From positions 77,497 to 141,496 of the IMG/VR virus record IMGVR_UViG_3300023110_001943: DNA of 64,000 nucleotides, one strand, 5' to 3'. Below are positions 51,301 through 59,757 of this stretch, in pieces. Numbering within the stretch: position 1 is the stretch's first letter; every line of letters begins with the position of its first letter. The translations under genes were made by a program, and so were the position numbers. The DNA comes from a virus. The notes beneath the pieces are model-generated. The model saw only the letters and a list, made by a program, of their open reading frames with translations, did not search any database and was not told the origin of the DNA.

Positions 51301-53645
51301 AATATGCTGAGAAACAATTATCACCAGAAGATATTGAGTTCACAAAACATTTTTTCGATAGATTGAACGACCCTCGTAATGGAAAAGAAATTTCTGATGC
51401 AGAATTGACGGGATTTTTTAAAAGATTATCAAAGTATAAAAAGAAATTTAAAGAATTCTTAGAAAAATATCAACAAATCGTTGTAAAAGATAAAAGACAT
51501 GATATCAATATTCCATTTGTTAAACAAGCAAATCAGATTATTGCAAAAACAGTAATGAGAAAGGATGATTTTAAAACATCTAACCCTGTTCTTGCATTTG
51601 AACAACTTGCAAAAGGTATGAGTTTAAGAGATATTGCAGAAAAACACGAAGTTTCTTTCGAAGAATTAAAGAAAGAAGCAGGAAAAGGTGTTAAAGTTGA
51701 AATGGAACACACTTCAGATGTAAAAGTTGCATACGATATCGCTAAAGACCACTTATTCGAGGACCCAAAATACTACACAAAACTTGCAACCATAGAGGAA
51801 GTAGGAGTTGGTACTGGTCAAAGTGGTATTCGTATGGGATATCCATCTAAAGATGATTTAAAACGAATCGAAAAAAGAGTTAAGAAACAAAGAAATAATA
51901 CTGATTCAAATCAAGAGTATCAATATGAACCAATTAGAGAAGGTAAAGAACTTAAAAAATTAGGAATCACCGATTTCAAATCACTCTTTAAGAAAATGCC
52001 ATCTGATTTACAAAAGAGAGTGTATAACTTAAAGAACTTTGGACAGAGAATTGATAAACACCCTGAAGGGAATGTACTTAAACATACAATCACAGTTGTA
52101 AATCGTTCAATCAAAGAAGATGATATCGATATTGCAATCGCAGCAATGTTCCACGATATAGGAAAAGATGAAACTGCGGGAATTCATCCAAAGAAAGGAC
52201 ATATCACACACTTTGGACATGAGAAAGTATCTGCTAATTTAGTAAATAAGTACAAAAAATGGATTGAATCAGTTGGTGGTAATGTAGATACGGTTCACTA
52301 TATAGTAAAAAATCATATGAGATACAAACAACTATCTGATATGAGACCTAAGAAACAATCTGATTTAAAATCTCATCCAAATTTTGATAAATTAAGTAAG
52401 TTTTCTAAACATGATAGAGGTGGATTAGGAGAAGGTATCATTACAGAAGGTGGTGCGTATGGACATATGTCTCACCCATTCGATACTGATATCAATTTAA
52501 CCTTTGGACAATTAAAAGATATCGTAAATCGTGCACTCGAAGGTACACTTGAGTTTACAAGAGAGAAAACTGATGGTCAAGCTCTTGCAATTTCATGGAG
52601 AGATGGAAGATTAGTAGCAGCTAGGAACAAAGGACACCTTAAAAACAAAGGTGAGAACGCATTAGATATCAAAGGTGTATCAGATAAGTTCCAAGGTAGA
52701 GGTGGATTATCAGATGCTTACAACTATGCAATGAAAGACCTTTCAAATGCTATATCTTCTCTTAACGATAAACAAAGAGATAAGATTTTTAAACAAGGTG
52801 CGTGTTTTATGAACCTTGAAGTGATATATCCAACATCAGTTAATGTAATTCCTTACGGTCAAGCGTTACTTGTATTCCATGGAACGATGGAATATAACGA
52901 TGAGGGTGTTGCAATTGGTGAAAATGGTGAGGCTGCAAGAATCTTGGCAGGTATGATTAAACAAGTTAACAAAGATGTACAAGATAATTATACGATTCAA
53001 GGCCCACCTGTTGTAAAACTACCTAAATCTACCGATTTATCAAAGAAAAGAAGTAAATATTCATCTCAAATCTCTAAATTACAAAAAGAATTCGGATTAA
53101 AGGATACGGATGGTGTTGCAAACTACCATCAAGCATGGTGGGAACAATGGGTTGATAAAAATTCACCATCAACACTTGATAACAAAACTAAAATGGGGTT
53201 AGTTAAGAGATGGGCATTCATGGATAAGAAGTTTAGATTAGATAATAAGAATATTACTGATTCTAAAACACTTGAATGGGCTAAAAAGATAGATAAAGAG
53301 GACCAAAAGAAGATTTCTAAACAGAATTTAATGAAGTTTGAACAGATTTTCTTAGGATTAGGAGCAGAAGTGTTAGAATTTACTTCATCTGCTCTAACTG
53401 TAAACCCTGATGCAGCAGTTCGTGATATGAAAAAGAGAATTGATAAAACAATCAAGGATGTTAAGAAATCAGGAGACCCAAAAAAGATAGAAAAACTTAA
53501 ATTAGAACTCCAAAGATTAAATTCTATTGGAGGTTCTAAAAAAATAGTACCGAATGAAGGTATAGTTTTCTTATATAATGGAAATACCTTCAAACTTACA
53601 GGTACATTTGCATCAGTAAACCAAATACTTGGTATTTTCTTCTAA
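48381..53645 (+). CDS. Multidomain (polyvalent) protein: HxGH nucleotidyltransferase, TraB/ChaN-like, Zn ribbon, DUF5661-like, HD domain, RNA-ligase-like
   Basis: 'GRFQPFHKGH'; 'GTEHG..VGEG..RD..AGESH'; 'CEKC..CHSC'; 'KVEMEHT..IAKDHL.E.PKYY.KL'; 'HPEG.V..HT..FHDIGK..GHE..SA..HM'; 'EKTDG..NLE..EGIVF..FKL'. Start may be ATG 48387. Confidence 0.75.
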   Translation: MNMNELSQYLVEQMLLEDENPIKKVVVIYGGRFQPFHKGHYGTYQHLVKKFGKNNVFISTSNKVEKPKSPFNFKEKVKIMTTMFNIPKSKIVQVRNNYAPKEILDKYDKETTAFVTVVGEKDSGRLGGKYFRPWKGKAEIGYEEGGYVYASPSQGRGISGTETRNGLSVGSDEQKQNFFKNRAYGKFNMTIFKMITDKLNEGIEIPKEVIEEWLINESSNLGGNAGSDVDDGPSFFFPNYDVFSKVNIDRAKKIGWEVLNMITTQEIEDYYDHPNYPNGPVKATSFFPAGIIGNMTPNNQIDIYSSGAYSQWFKHATRKATLAGYELVKSISAKADISQDKNQSGNLAKGDKELKDEFENSLNENIVLPVKVGDTILTGRFKNKKVTVKTIGKDEHGMPTINGKKVVTFRLMKEGFQAIFEDEKEDEKYTHVGNGNYKLKGKEGEDDPTFKKDDSGKYIELDKDGKTKPQPKQGTSLKQGGYDNKVKKEKEIQKKISGDTSNEKPQPKEEPKSKVTTLQGKKSGKEIQNLGLDGGGKVYGTEHGETAMVDDILDDVKKNIPKERWKDIVFVGEGGATGDNGELEFNDEMDYAVPKFKELGAGIDTWDGDEMDVHNDQSKLYKRQMEKTGLNQSQVNAGNWASMIGQGEGTDTMSPDDFLDDEGKEYIQSAAKEAGFPPIENWENPTGETPSDENDWKGSGDKGTLYRLAFPEDNKDKQTKIGDIQDAFNETRDEHLIKKSKELSSQGKIPIVIAGESHVGLVDKMMKNESIGLRESIAGTEVKCEKCNHSWEIESEDTEKYLCHSCGWDSQKQEYDFDAFDSWQEKMGLSEDVDIDERSKGKLRPADLLRRKAKMAGKRAQIQRRRARTMKRRKSIDKLKKIAYKKAYLEVYKEFMEDLFPGKTKAELTIQQAKVVHKNVLRKKKRVLKRARFKFLPKLRDAEVDKFDNKSNISFNKPKETNEMSKSTLNKIEKYAEKQLSPEDIEFTKHFFDRLNDPRNGKEISDAELTGFFKRLSKYKKKFKEFLEKYQQIVVKDKRHDINIPFVKQANQIIAKTVMRKDDFKTSNPVLAFEQLAKGMSLRDIAEKHEVSFEELKKEAGKGVKVEMEHTSDVKVAYDIAKDHLFEDPKYYTKLATIEEVGVGTGQSGIRMGYPSKDDLKRIEKRVKKQRNNTDSNQEYQYEPIREGKELKKLGITDFKSLFKKMPSDLQKRVYNLKNFGQRIDKHPEGNVLKHTITVVNRSIKEDDIDIAIAAMFHDIGKDETAGIHPKKGHITHFGHEKVSANLVNKYKKWIESVGGNVDTVHYIVKNHMRYKQLSDMRPKKQSDLKSHPNFDKLSKFSKHDRGGLGEGIITEGGAYGHMSHPFDTDINLTFGQLKDIVNRALEGTLEFTREKTDGQALAISWRDGRLVAARNKGHLKNKGENALDIKGVSDKFQGRGGLSDAYNYAMKDLSNAISSLNDKQRDKIFKQGACFMNLEVIYPTSVNVIPYGQALLVFHGTMEYNDEGVAIGENGEAARILAGMIKQVNKDVQDNYTIQGPPVVKLPKSTDLSKKRSKYSSQISKLQKEFGLKDTDGVANYHQAWWEQWVDKNSPSTLDNKTKMGLVKRWAFMDKKFRLDNKNITDSKTLEWAKKIDKEDQKKISKQNLMKFEQIFLGLGAEVLEFTSSALTVNPDAAVRDMKKRIDKTIKDVKKSGDPKKIEKLKLELQRLNSIGGSKKIVPNEGIVFLYNGNTFKLTGTFASVNQILGIFF

Positions 53646-53669
53646 AAATATCGGTTTTCCGATTATTAT

Positions 53670-53679
53670 ATATTTATAT
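53670..53679 (+). promoter_or_regulatory. ATATTTATAT putative late promoter
   Basis: Intergenic, after a small ATCGG-TTTT-CCGAT hairpin (53650-53663); 26 nt before ATG 53706. Confidence 0.6.
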
Positions 53680-53705
53680 ACAATAATATAACCTAATATA
53701 TAACA

Positions 53706-54365
53706 ATGGGTAAAGATTTCAAAAAAAAATATATGCATCCAACTCGTAGAAAGTTGGTAGATATGATTCATACTGGTGAGTATGATAAAAATACTCAAAT
53801 TGGTTGGACAAAAACTGAAGAACAACGAAAAGTTGGTGATACTTGGGAAGATGAAACCCACAGATATGAGAAAAAGGAAGGTTATATCTTAAAAACAGGT
53901 AAAAACTCAGAAGCACTTCAAGAAATTAGAAAATATCTTGAAGAAAAATCAAAATGTAAGAATTCGGAGTGTAAAACACTTAAAAAAAGTGAAAAAGATT
54001 TAAAATTTATCCAAAAAGGTGGATTTTGTTTAAATTGTACGGTTGATAGAGAACACGAAATAAAAATGGCAGGGTTATGGATTCCATATGAAGATTATAA
54101 GATTGCAACTCGTATGATTGTGTATGGAAAGACTAAATTAGAAGAATTAAAACAATCTTTATCAGAAATTAAAGAACAATATGAAATGATTGGTTCTGAT
54201 GGTAAGGTTACAGAAACTTGGAAACTACCGAAACCAATTGAAGAGGTAAAGGCAGAGATTCAAGAGATGATAGACAACGGAGAAAAAGAATTAGAGGTGA
54301 TTGTAGAAAAAAGAAACGAAGCCTTTAATCAATTAAAGGAAAAAAACTATGAGCATTATATTTAA
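53706..54365 (+). CDS. Hypothetical protein with Cys cluster and coiled coil
   Basis: 219 aa; 'CKNSEC..CLNC'; two genes upstream of the terminase. Confidence 0.6.
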   Translation: MGKDFKKKYMHPTRRKLVDMIHTGEYDKNTQIGWTKTEEQRKVGDTWEDETHRYEKKEGYILKTGKNSEALQEIRKYLEEKSKCKNSECKTLKKSEKDLKFIQKGGFCLNCTVDREHEIKMAGLWIPYEDYKIATRMIVYGKTKLEELKQSLSEIKEQYEMIGSDGKVTETWKLPKPIEEVKAEIQEMIDNGEKELEVIVEKRNEAFNQLKEKNYEHYI

Positions 54366-55038
54366 TTTACTTTCAAAAAGATGGAAAGAACTACTTATCC
54401 TTATTTTGGTATCAGTTATCTTCTTAATGAGAGGATGTGGAACTGATTTTGAAGATAAAGAAATTGTAAAAGTAGATGGTAAGGATTATGAGTTATTAAA
54501 ACAAGAAATTGATACAGTTTACGTTGAAAAAGAAGTAAAGGTAACAAAGTATGTACCCAAATACATAACAAAAGAAGTAATTAAAGAAGTGGAAATACCT
54601 GCTGATGTAGATTCACTTGCAATTGTAAGAGATTATTTCGCATCTTATAAAGTTACAGATACCTTACAACTTGATTATGATTTTCCAACGGAAGTTACTG
54701 ATTCTCTTGGTAATAGACCACCAAGTAATTTAGGATATGGTATTCTTACCGATGTAATCTCACAAAATACAATTCAATCAAGAGAAATTGATTGGTTCTT
54801 TAGAATTCCAACTGTTTATAACACTACAATTGTAAAAGAGTTACCGAAAAATGAATTTTATTACGGATTAGGACTTGGTGTTGACCAAGTAAATGGTTTT
54901 GGTAGTTTTAGTGTTAATGGGTTGTTAAAAACTAAGAAGATGAATATCTATGGATTAAATATAGGTTTATCAAATCAACTTGGTGAATACAAACCATTCG
55001 TTGGGACATCTTTATATTGGAAATTAGGCAAAAAATAA
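54349..55038 (+). CDS. Membrane-anchored protein, possibly lysis (spanin-like)
   Basis: N-terminal hydrophobic helix ending 'LMRGC'; amphipathic beta strands ending 'FVGTSLYWKL'. Confidence 0.5.
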   Translation: MSIIFNLLSKRWKELLILILVSVIFLMRGCGTDFEDKEIVKVDGKDYELLKQEIDTVYVEKEVKVTKYVPKYITKEVIKEVEIPADVDSLAIVRDYFASYKVTDTLQLDYDFPTEVTDSLGNRPPSNLGYGILTDVISQNTIQSREIDWFFRIPTVYNTTIVKELPKNEFYYGLGLGVDQVNGFGSFSVNGLLKTKKMNIYGLNIGLSNQLGEYKPFVGTSLYWKLGKK

Positions 55039-55039
55039 A

Positions 55040-56632
55040 ATGGCTAAACAAAGTTTAAAGGAAATAATTAAACTTGAGTATCAAAAATGTGCTCAAGACC
55101 CAATACACTTCATGAAGAAGTATTGTATGATTCAACATCCAGTCCGAGGCAAAATTCCTTTTCACTTATATCCATTCCAAGAAAGAACTTTAGACCAATT
55201 CAATGAACACAGATACAATATAATTCTAAAATCTCGACAAACAGGTATCTCAACCTTAACTGCAGGATTTGCATTATGGAAAATGTTGTTCAATCAAGAT
55301 TTTAATGTATTAGTTATTGCAACTAAACAAGAAGTTGCTAAGAACCTTGTAACGAAGGTTCGTGTAATGAATCAGTACTTACCATCGTGGTTAAAACAAA
55401 CAACAGTAGAAGATAACAAATTATCCCTAAGATACTCAAATGGTTCTCAGATAAAAGCAACTTCAGCCGCTGGAGATGCTGGTCGTTCTGAAGCACTATC
55501 ACTTTTAGTATTTGATGAGGCTGCTTTTATTGATAAGATTGAGGATATTTGGGTATCGGCTCAATCTACCTTATCTACTGGTGGTAATGCAATTATTCTT
55601 TCTACACCCAATGGTGTCGGAAATTTCTTTCACAAAACTTGGGTAGGTGCAGAAGAAGAAGAAAATGGATTCAATACAATTCGTTTACATTGGTCAGTTC
55701 ATCCTGAAAGAAACCAAGATTGGAGAGATGAACAGGAAAAACTATTAGGACCAAAGGGAGCGGCACAAGAATGTGATTGTGATTTCGTTTCTTCTGGTGA
55801 TACTGTAATAGACCCACAACTTTTAATGTTCTACAAAGAATCTTATTGTCAAGAACCAATAGAAAAGACAGGATTTGATGGAAACCTTTGGAAATGGGAA
55901 TACCCAAACTACAATAAATCTTACATGGTTGTAGCCGATGTTGCTCGTGGAGATTCATCGGATTATTCAGCTTGTCATGTTTTTGATGTTGAAGAAGCAT
56001 CTCAAGTAGCAGAATATAAAGGTAAATTAGATACAAAGGATTTTGGAAACTTCCTTGTATCACTTGCAACAGATTATAATCAAGCATTACTTGTGATTGA
56101 GAATGCAAACATTGGATGGGCGGTTATACAACAAGTAATTGATAGAGGATATCAGAACTTATTCTATATGAGTAAGGATTTAAAATATGTAGATGTTGAA
56201 CATCAACTATCAAATAGATACCGTGCCGAAGAACGAGGTATGGTTGCAGGATTTAGTACTACATCCAAAACAAGACCTTTGATTATATCAAAGTTGGATG
56301 ATTATTTTAGAGATAAATCAGTAACAGTTCGTTCATCAAGATTAATCGATGAATTATTCACTTTCATATGGAAAGGAAATAGAGCAGAAGCAATGACTGG
56401 ATACAATGATGATTTAACTATGTCATTTGCAATTGGTCTTTGGGTTCGTGATACAGCATTAAGATTAAGACAAGAGGGAATTGATTTAACCAAACAAGCA
56501 TTGGGTGGTATTGGAGCACATCAATTAGATATAGTAGGTATGGGATTTGGTGGTAATTCTGCACTCGAAGAAAATCCATGGAAACAACGAGTTGGTGATA
56601 CAAATGAGGATTTAACTTGGTTAATTAAATAA
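55040..56632 (+). CDS. terL: Terminase large subunit (T4 gp17-like)
   Basis: 'LYPFQ', Walker A 'KSRQTGIST', Walker B 'LLVFDEAAF', 'STPNG', nuclease 'ADVARG..DYS', 'NDDL'. Confidence 0.95.
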   Translation: MAKQSLKEIIKLEYQKCAQDPIHFMKKYCMIQHPVRGKIPFHLYPFQERTLDQFNEHRYNIILKSRQTGISTLTAGFALWKMLFNQDFNVLVIATKQEVAKNLVTKVRVMNQYLPSWLKQTTVEDNKLSLRYSNGSQIKATSAAGDAGRSEALSLLVFDEAAFIDKIEDIWVSAQSTLSTGGNAIILSTPNGVGNFFHKTWVGAEEEENGFNTIRLHWSVHPERNQDWRDEQEKLLGPKGAAQECDCDFVSSGDTVIDPQLLMFYKESYCQEPIEKTGFDGNLWKWEYPNYNKSYMVVADVARGDSSDYSACHVFDVEEASQVAEYKGKLDTKDFGNFLVSLATDYNQALLVIENANIGWAVIQQVIDRGYQNLFYMSKDLKYVDVEHQLSNRYRAEERGMVAGFSTTSKTRPLIISKLDDYFRDKSVTVRSSRLIDELFTFIWKGNRAEAMTGYNDDLTMSFAIGLWVRDTALRLRQEGIDLTKQALGGIGAHQLDIVGMGFGGNSALEENPWKQRVGDTNEDLTWLIK

Positions 56633-56636
56633 ATCT

Positions 56637-56646
56637 ATATTTATAT
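56637..56646 (+). promoter_or_regulatory. ATATTTATAT putative late promoter
   Basis: Intergenic; followed by TAAGGAG and ATG 56665. Confidence 0.6.
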
Positions 56647-56664
56647 TATAAGGAGAAAAATATT

Positions 56665-57045
56665 ATGATTTCAATGAAAAACTTACTTAATGAAAACGAA
56701 TCATATTGCAATGAATATTTCGTAGAAAACTATCACGATATCAAAGAGTTTAAAGAATTCATGGAATCGTATAAACCAGATATTAACGAAGCGGAATATC
56801 AAGGTAGAACAGTAAAACTTGGTAAACCAATGCAAGGTGATGTTAAAAAGTTCAAAGTATATGTTAAAAATCCCCAAGGTAATGTAGTAAAAGTAAACTT
56901 TGGTCATAAAGGAAAAGGTGGAGAGAAAACGATGTCAATCAAAAAGAATAATCCTGAAAGGAGAAAATCTTTTAGAGCAAGACATAATTGTGATAATCCA
57001 GGCCCAAGACACAAAGCTAGATACTGGTCATGTAGAGCATGGTAA
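56665..57045 (+). CDS. Small basic phage protein with acidic leader, probable head cargo
   Basis: Leader 'MISMKNLLNE..INE'; then 'VNFG..RRKSFRARHNC..ARYWSCRAW'. Confidence 0.65.
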   Translation: MISMKNLLNENESYCNEYFVENYHDIKEFKEFMESYKPDINEAEYQGRTVKLGKPMQGDVKKFKVYVKNPQGNVVKVNFGHKGKGGEKTMSIKKNNPERRKSFRARHNCDNPGPRHKARYWSCRAW

Positions 57046-57085
57046 AAACAAACAAATAAAGGTTATAATTTAAATTAGGAATAAA

Positions 57086-58810
57086 ATGGCAGATACTTCA
57101 TTTTTTGGTAGATTAACTAAACTCTTTCGTACTCAAGCAGTTGTTACTGTTGATAAAGAAGGTAAGAGAAGAGTAGTTGATACTGATGAAAGACAACAAA
57201 CGAATCTATCATCTTTAAGAGATAGATACACTAAATTACAGAAATCTTTCTTCGAACAGGCTGGTGGTGCTCAATCAATGGCATACCAACAAGTTCGTAG
57301 AGAAGTTTTTCGTGATTATGATGCAATGGATAATGACCCAATATTAGCATCAGCACTCGATATATACGCAGATGAATCAACACTAAAAAATGAATTTGGT
57401 GATACTCTCTTGGTTCATTCAGATAATCAAAAAGTACAAGATTTATTAAACAACTTATTTTACGATATCCTTAACGTTGAATTCAACTTATGGCCATGGG
57501 TAAGAAATATGTGTAAGTATGGAGATTTCTTCTTAGGTTTAGAAATCGCTGAAGGTAAAGGTATCGTAAATGTTACTCCTCACTCTGTTTACAATACAGA
57601 AAGATTAGAAAGAACAGACCCATCAAATCCAAATTCAGTAAAATTTAAAATTACTGAGGACCCGAATGGAAAAGAAGAATATGAAAACTTTGAAATCGCT
57701 CACTTTAGATTGTTAGCGGATACTAACTGGTTGCCTTATGGTAAATCCATGATTGAGAATGGAAGAAGATTGTGGAAACAATTATCTCTGATGGAAGATG
57801 CTATGTTAATTCATAGAATCATGAGAGCACCAGAAAAAAGAGTTTTCAAAATTGATATTGGTAATATCCCACCAACAGAAGTGGATAACTATATGCAGAG
57901 AATTATCAACAAAATGAAGAAAGTTCCTTTCGTTGATAGAAATACTGGTGATTACAACTTAAAGTACAATATGCAAAACCTAACTGAAGATTTCTTCTTA
58001 CCAGTTAGGGGTGGTGATAGTGGTACATCAATTGATAACCTTGCTGGTTTAGAGTACGCAACTATCGAAGATATTGATTACCTAAAAAATAAATTATTCG
58101 CGGCTCTTAAAATTCCAAAAGCTTATTTAGGATATGAAGAAAATGTAAATGGTAAAGCAACTCTTGCTGCAGAAGATGTGAGATTTGCAAGAACAATCGA
58201 AAGAATCCAAAGAACAGTAGTTTCAGAATTAACTAAGATTGCAATTGTTCATTTGTATTCACAGGGTGTTACTGATTCTGAAATGACTAACTTTGAATTA
58301 GGATTAGTTAATCCATCTACAATTTACGAACAAGAAAAAGTAAACCTTTGGTCAGAAAAAATTCGTTTGGCTCAAGATATTGCAGGATTAAATATGTTAT
58401 CTAAAGATTGGGTTTATGAAAACATCTTTAAATTATCTGAAGGTGAACAAGATGAAGAAAGAGTTAAGATGTTAGATGATTTGAAAGATAGATTCAGATT
58501 CCGTTCTATTGAAGATGAGGGTAATGACCCTGCAATGGAAGATGAGGAACCAGAAGATATTGAGGAATCTTTAGAAAATCTTAAAAACGAACTTAAGGAT
58601 AAGGGTGGTAGACCAAGAGAAGGAAACACATATGGAAAAGATAAACATCCTTACGGTAGAGACCCACTTGGGGATAAAGAAAGAAAAAAAGAGCGTTCTC
58701 GTACTTCGGAAGATAGAGCTATAGAATATATTAGTGGTATTGCATCAAAACGAAAGTATTTACATGAAATAAAAGGTATGTTAGATGAAGATAACATACT
58801 CGAAGAGTAA
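57086..58810 (+). CDS. Portal vertex protein (T4 gp20-like)
   Basis: 'LMEDAMLIHRIMRAPEKRVFKIDIGN', 'EDFFLPVRG', 'IEDIDYL..KLFAALKIP'. Confidence 0.95.
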   Translation: MADTSFFGRLTKLFRTQAVVTVDKEGKRRVVDTDERQQTNLSSLRDRYTKLQKSFFEQAGGAQSMAYQQVRREVFRDYDAMDNDPILASALDIYADESTLKNEFGDTLLVHSDNQKVQDLLNNLFYDILNVEFNLWPWVRNMCKYGDFFLGLEIAEGKGIVNVTPHSVYNTERLERTDPSNPNSVKFKITEDPNGKEEYENFEIAHFRLLADTNWLPYGKSMIENGRRLWKQLSLMEDAMLIHRIMRAPEKRVFKIDIGNIPPTEVDNYMQRIINKMKKVPFVDRNTGDYNLKYNMQNLTEDFFLPVRGGDSGTSIDNLAGLEYATIEDIDYLKNKLFAALKIPKAYLGYEENVNGKATLAAEDVRFARTIERIQRTVVSELTKIAIVHLYSQGVTDSEMTNFELGLVNPSTIYEQEKVNLWSEKIRLAQDIAGLNMLSKDWVYENIFKLSEGEQDEERVKMLDDLKDRFRFRSIEDEGNDPAMEDEEPEDIEESLENLKNELKDKGGRPREGNTYGKDKHPYGRDPLGDKERKKERSRTSEDRAIEYISGIASKRKYLHEIKGMLDEDNILEE

Positions 58811-58835
58811 AAATTTCCTTTAACTTAATAAATTT

Positions 58836-58845
58836 ATATTTATAT
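58836..58845 (+). promoter_or_regulatory. ATATTTATAT putative late promoter
   Basis: Intergenic, between portal and 58885. Confidence 0.6.
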
Positions 58846-58884
58846 ATGGGAATTTTTACTATATCATAATAGGAAATTATAAAG

Positions 58885-59757
58885 ATGAGAAAAATAAAGC
58901 ATTCAAAATTTAAAAACACAGGATTTCTTTTCGAGCTATTAACTCGACAAGTTACCCTTGAAATTATCAATGGTAATGAGGAAAGGGCCAAAGGAATTAT
59001 CAGAGAATTCTATGGTAAAGGTACTGAATTATCTAAAGAACTTAGATTATTTAACCTTTTAATAAACGAAAAATATAATACAGATTCAAAGGCTGAAAAG
59101 TTTATTGATGTTGTATTGGAGGCACATACTAAATTAGATTATAAAAAACTTCAACGAGAAAAGTATAATCTTGTAAAAGCTATCAAGGAAAACTTTGAAA
59201 TTAATAATTTCTTATCTTCCCCGGTAACAAACTATAAAATTTTAGCTTCAATTCACAAACTATTTGAAGGTAAAAAGAATGATATCCTTGATATTAAAGA
59301 TGTATTCGATTCAAAACTTACTCTTGTAGAACATATCTCATCTAATTCCCCAGCTACATTAAAAGAAAAAGAAGATAAGTTAGTAGAAGAATACAGAAAA
59401 CAAGAAAAAGATTTAAGATTATTGACGTACAAGATTCTTGTTGAAACATTTAACAAAAAATATACAAACTTAAATGAATCTCAAAAAGGTTTATTGAGAG
59501 AGTATATTAATAATGTTAATAACACTTCAAAGTTCAACGAGTATTTTGAAAAAGAATTAATCAAAACTATCACTTCTTTACACGAAATGTATAAAGGAAT
59601 GAAAGATAAGATTACAAAAATCAAGTTGAGAGAAACAATTAATGTTTTGAAAAAACAAAAAATTGGTAAAAAGATTACCGATGAGCAAGTTTCAGCTTTG
59701 ATGATGTCTTATGAATTGATTAAGGAGATAAAAAATGTCAATGGAAAAAACTCTTAA
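58885..59757 (+). CDS. Helical head-morphogenesis-region protein
   Basis: 290 aa, 'KHSKFKNTGFLFELL'; directly after the portal. Confidence 0.6.
   Translation: MRKIKHSKFKNTGFLFELLTRQVTLEIINGNEERAKGIIREFYGKGTELSKELRLFNLLINEKYNTDSKAEKFIDVVLEAHTKLDYKKLQREKYNLVKAIKENFEINNFLSSPVTNYKILASIHKLFEGKKNDILDIKDVFDSKLTLVEHISSNSPATLKEKEDKLVEEYRKQEKDLRLLTYKILVETFNKKYTNLNESQKGLLREYINNVNNTSKFNEYFEKELIKTITSLHEMYKGMKDKITKIKLRETINVLKKQKIGKKITDEQVSALMMSYELIKEIKNVNGKNS

Noticed and set aside
53650-53663. Terminator after the polyprotein gene
   Set aside because: Only a 5-bp stem without a clear U-tract; too weak to call.
11323-58845. T4-type TATAAATA promoters firing on the minus strand
   Set aside because: Almost no minus-strand genes exist, and the spacing fits the downstream + strand starts.
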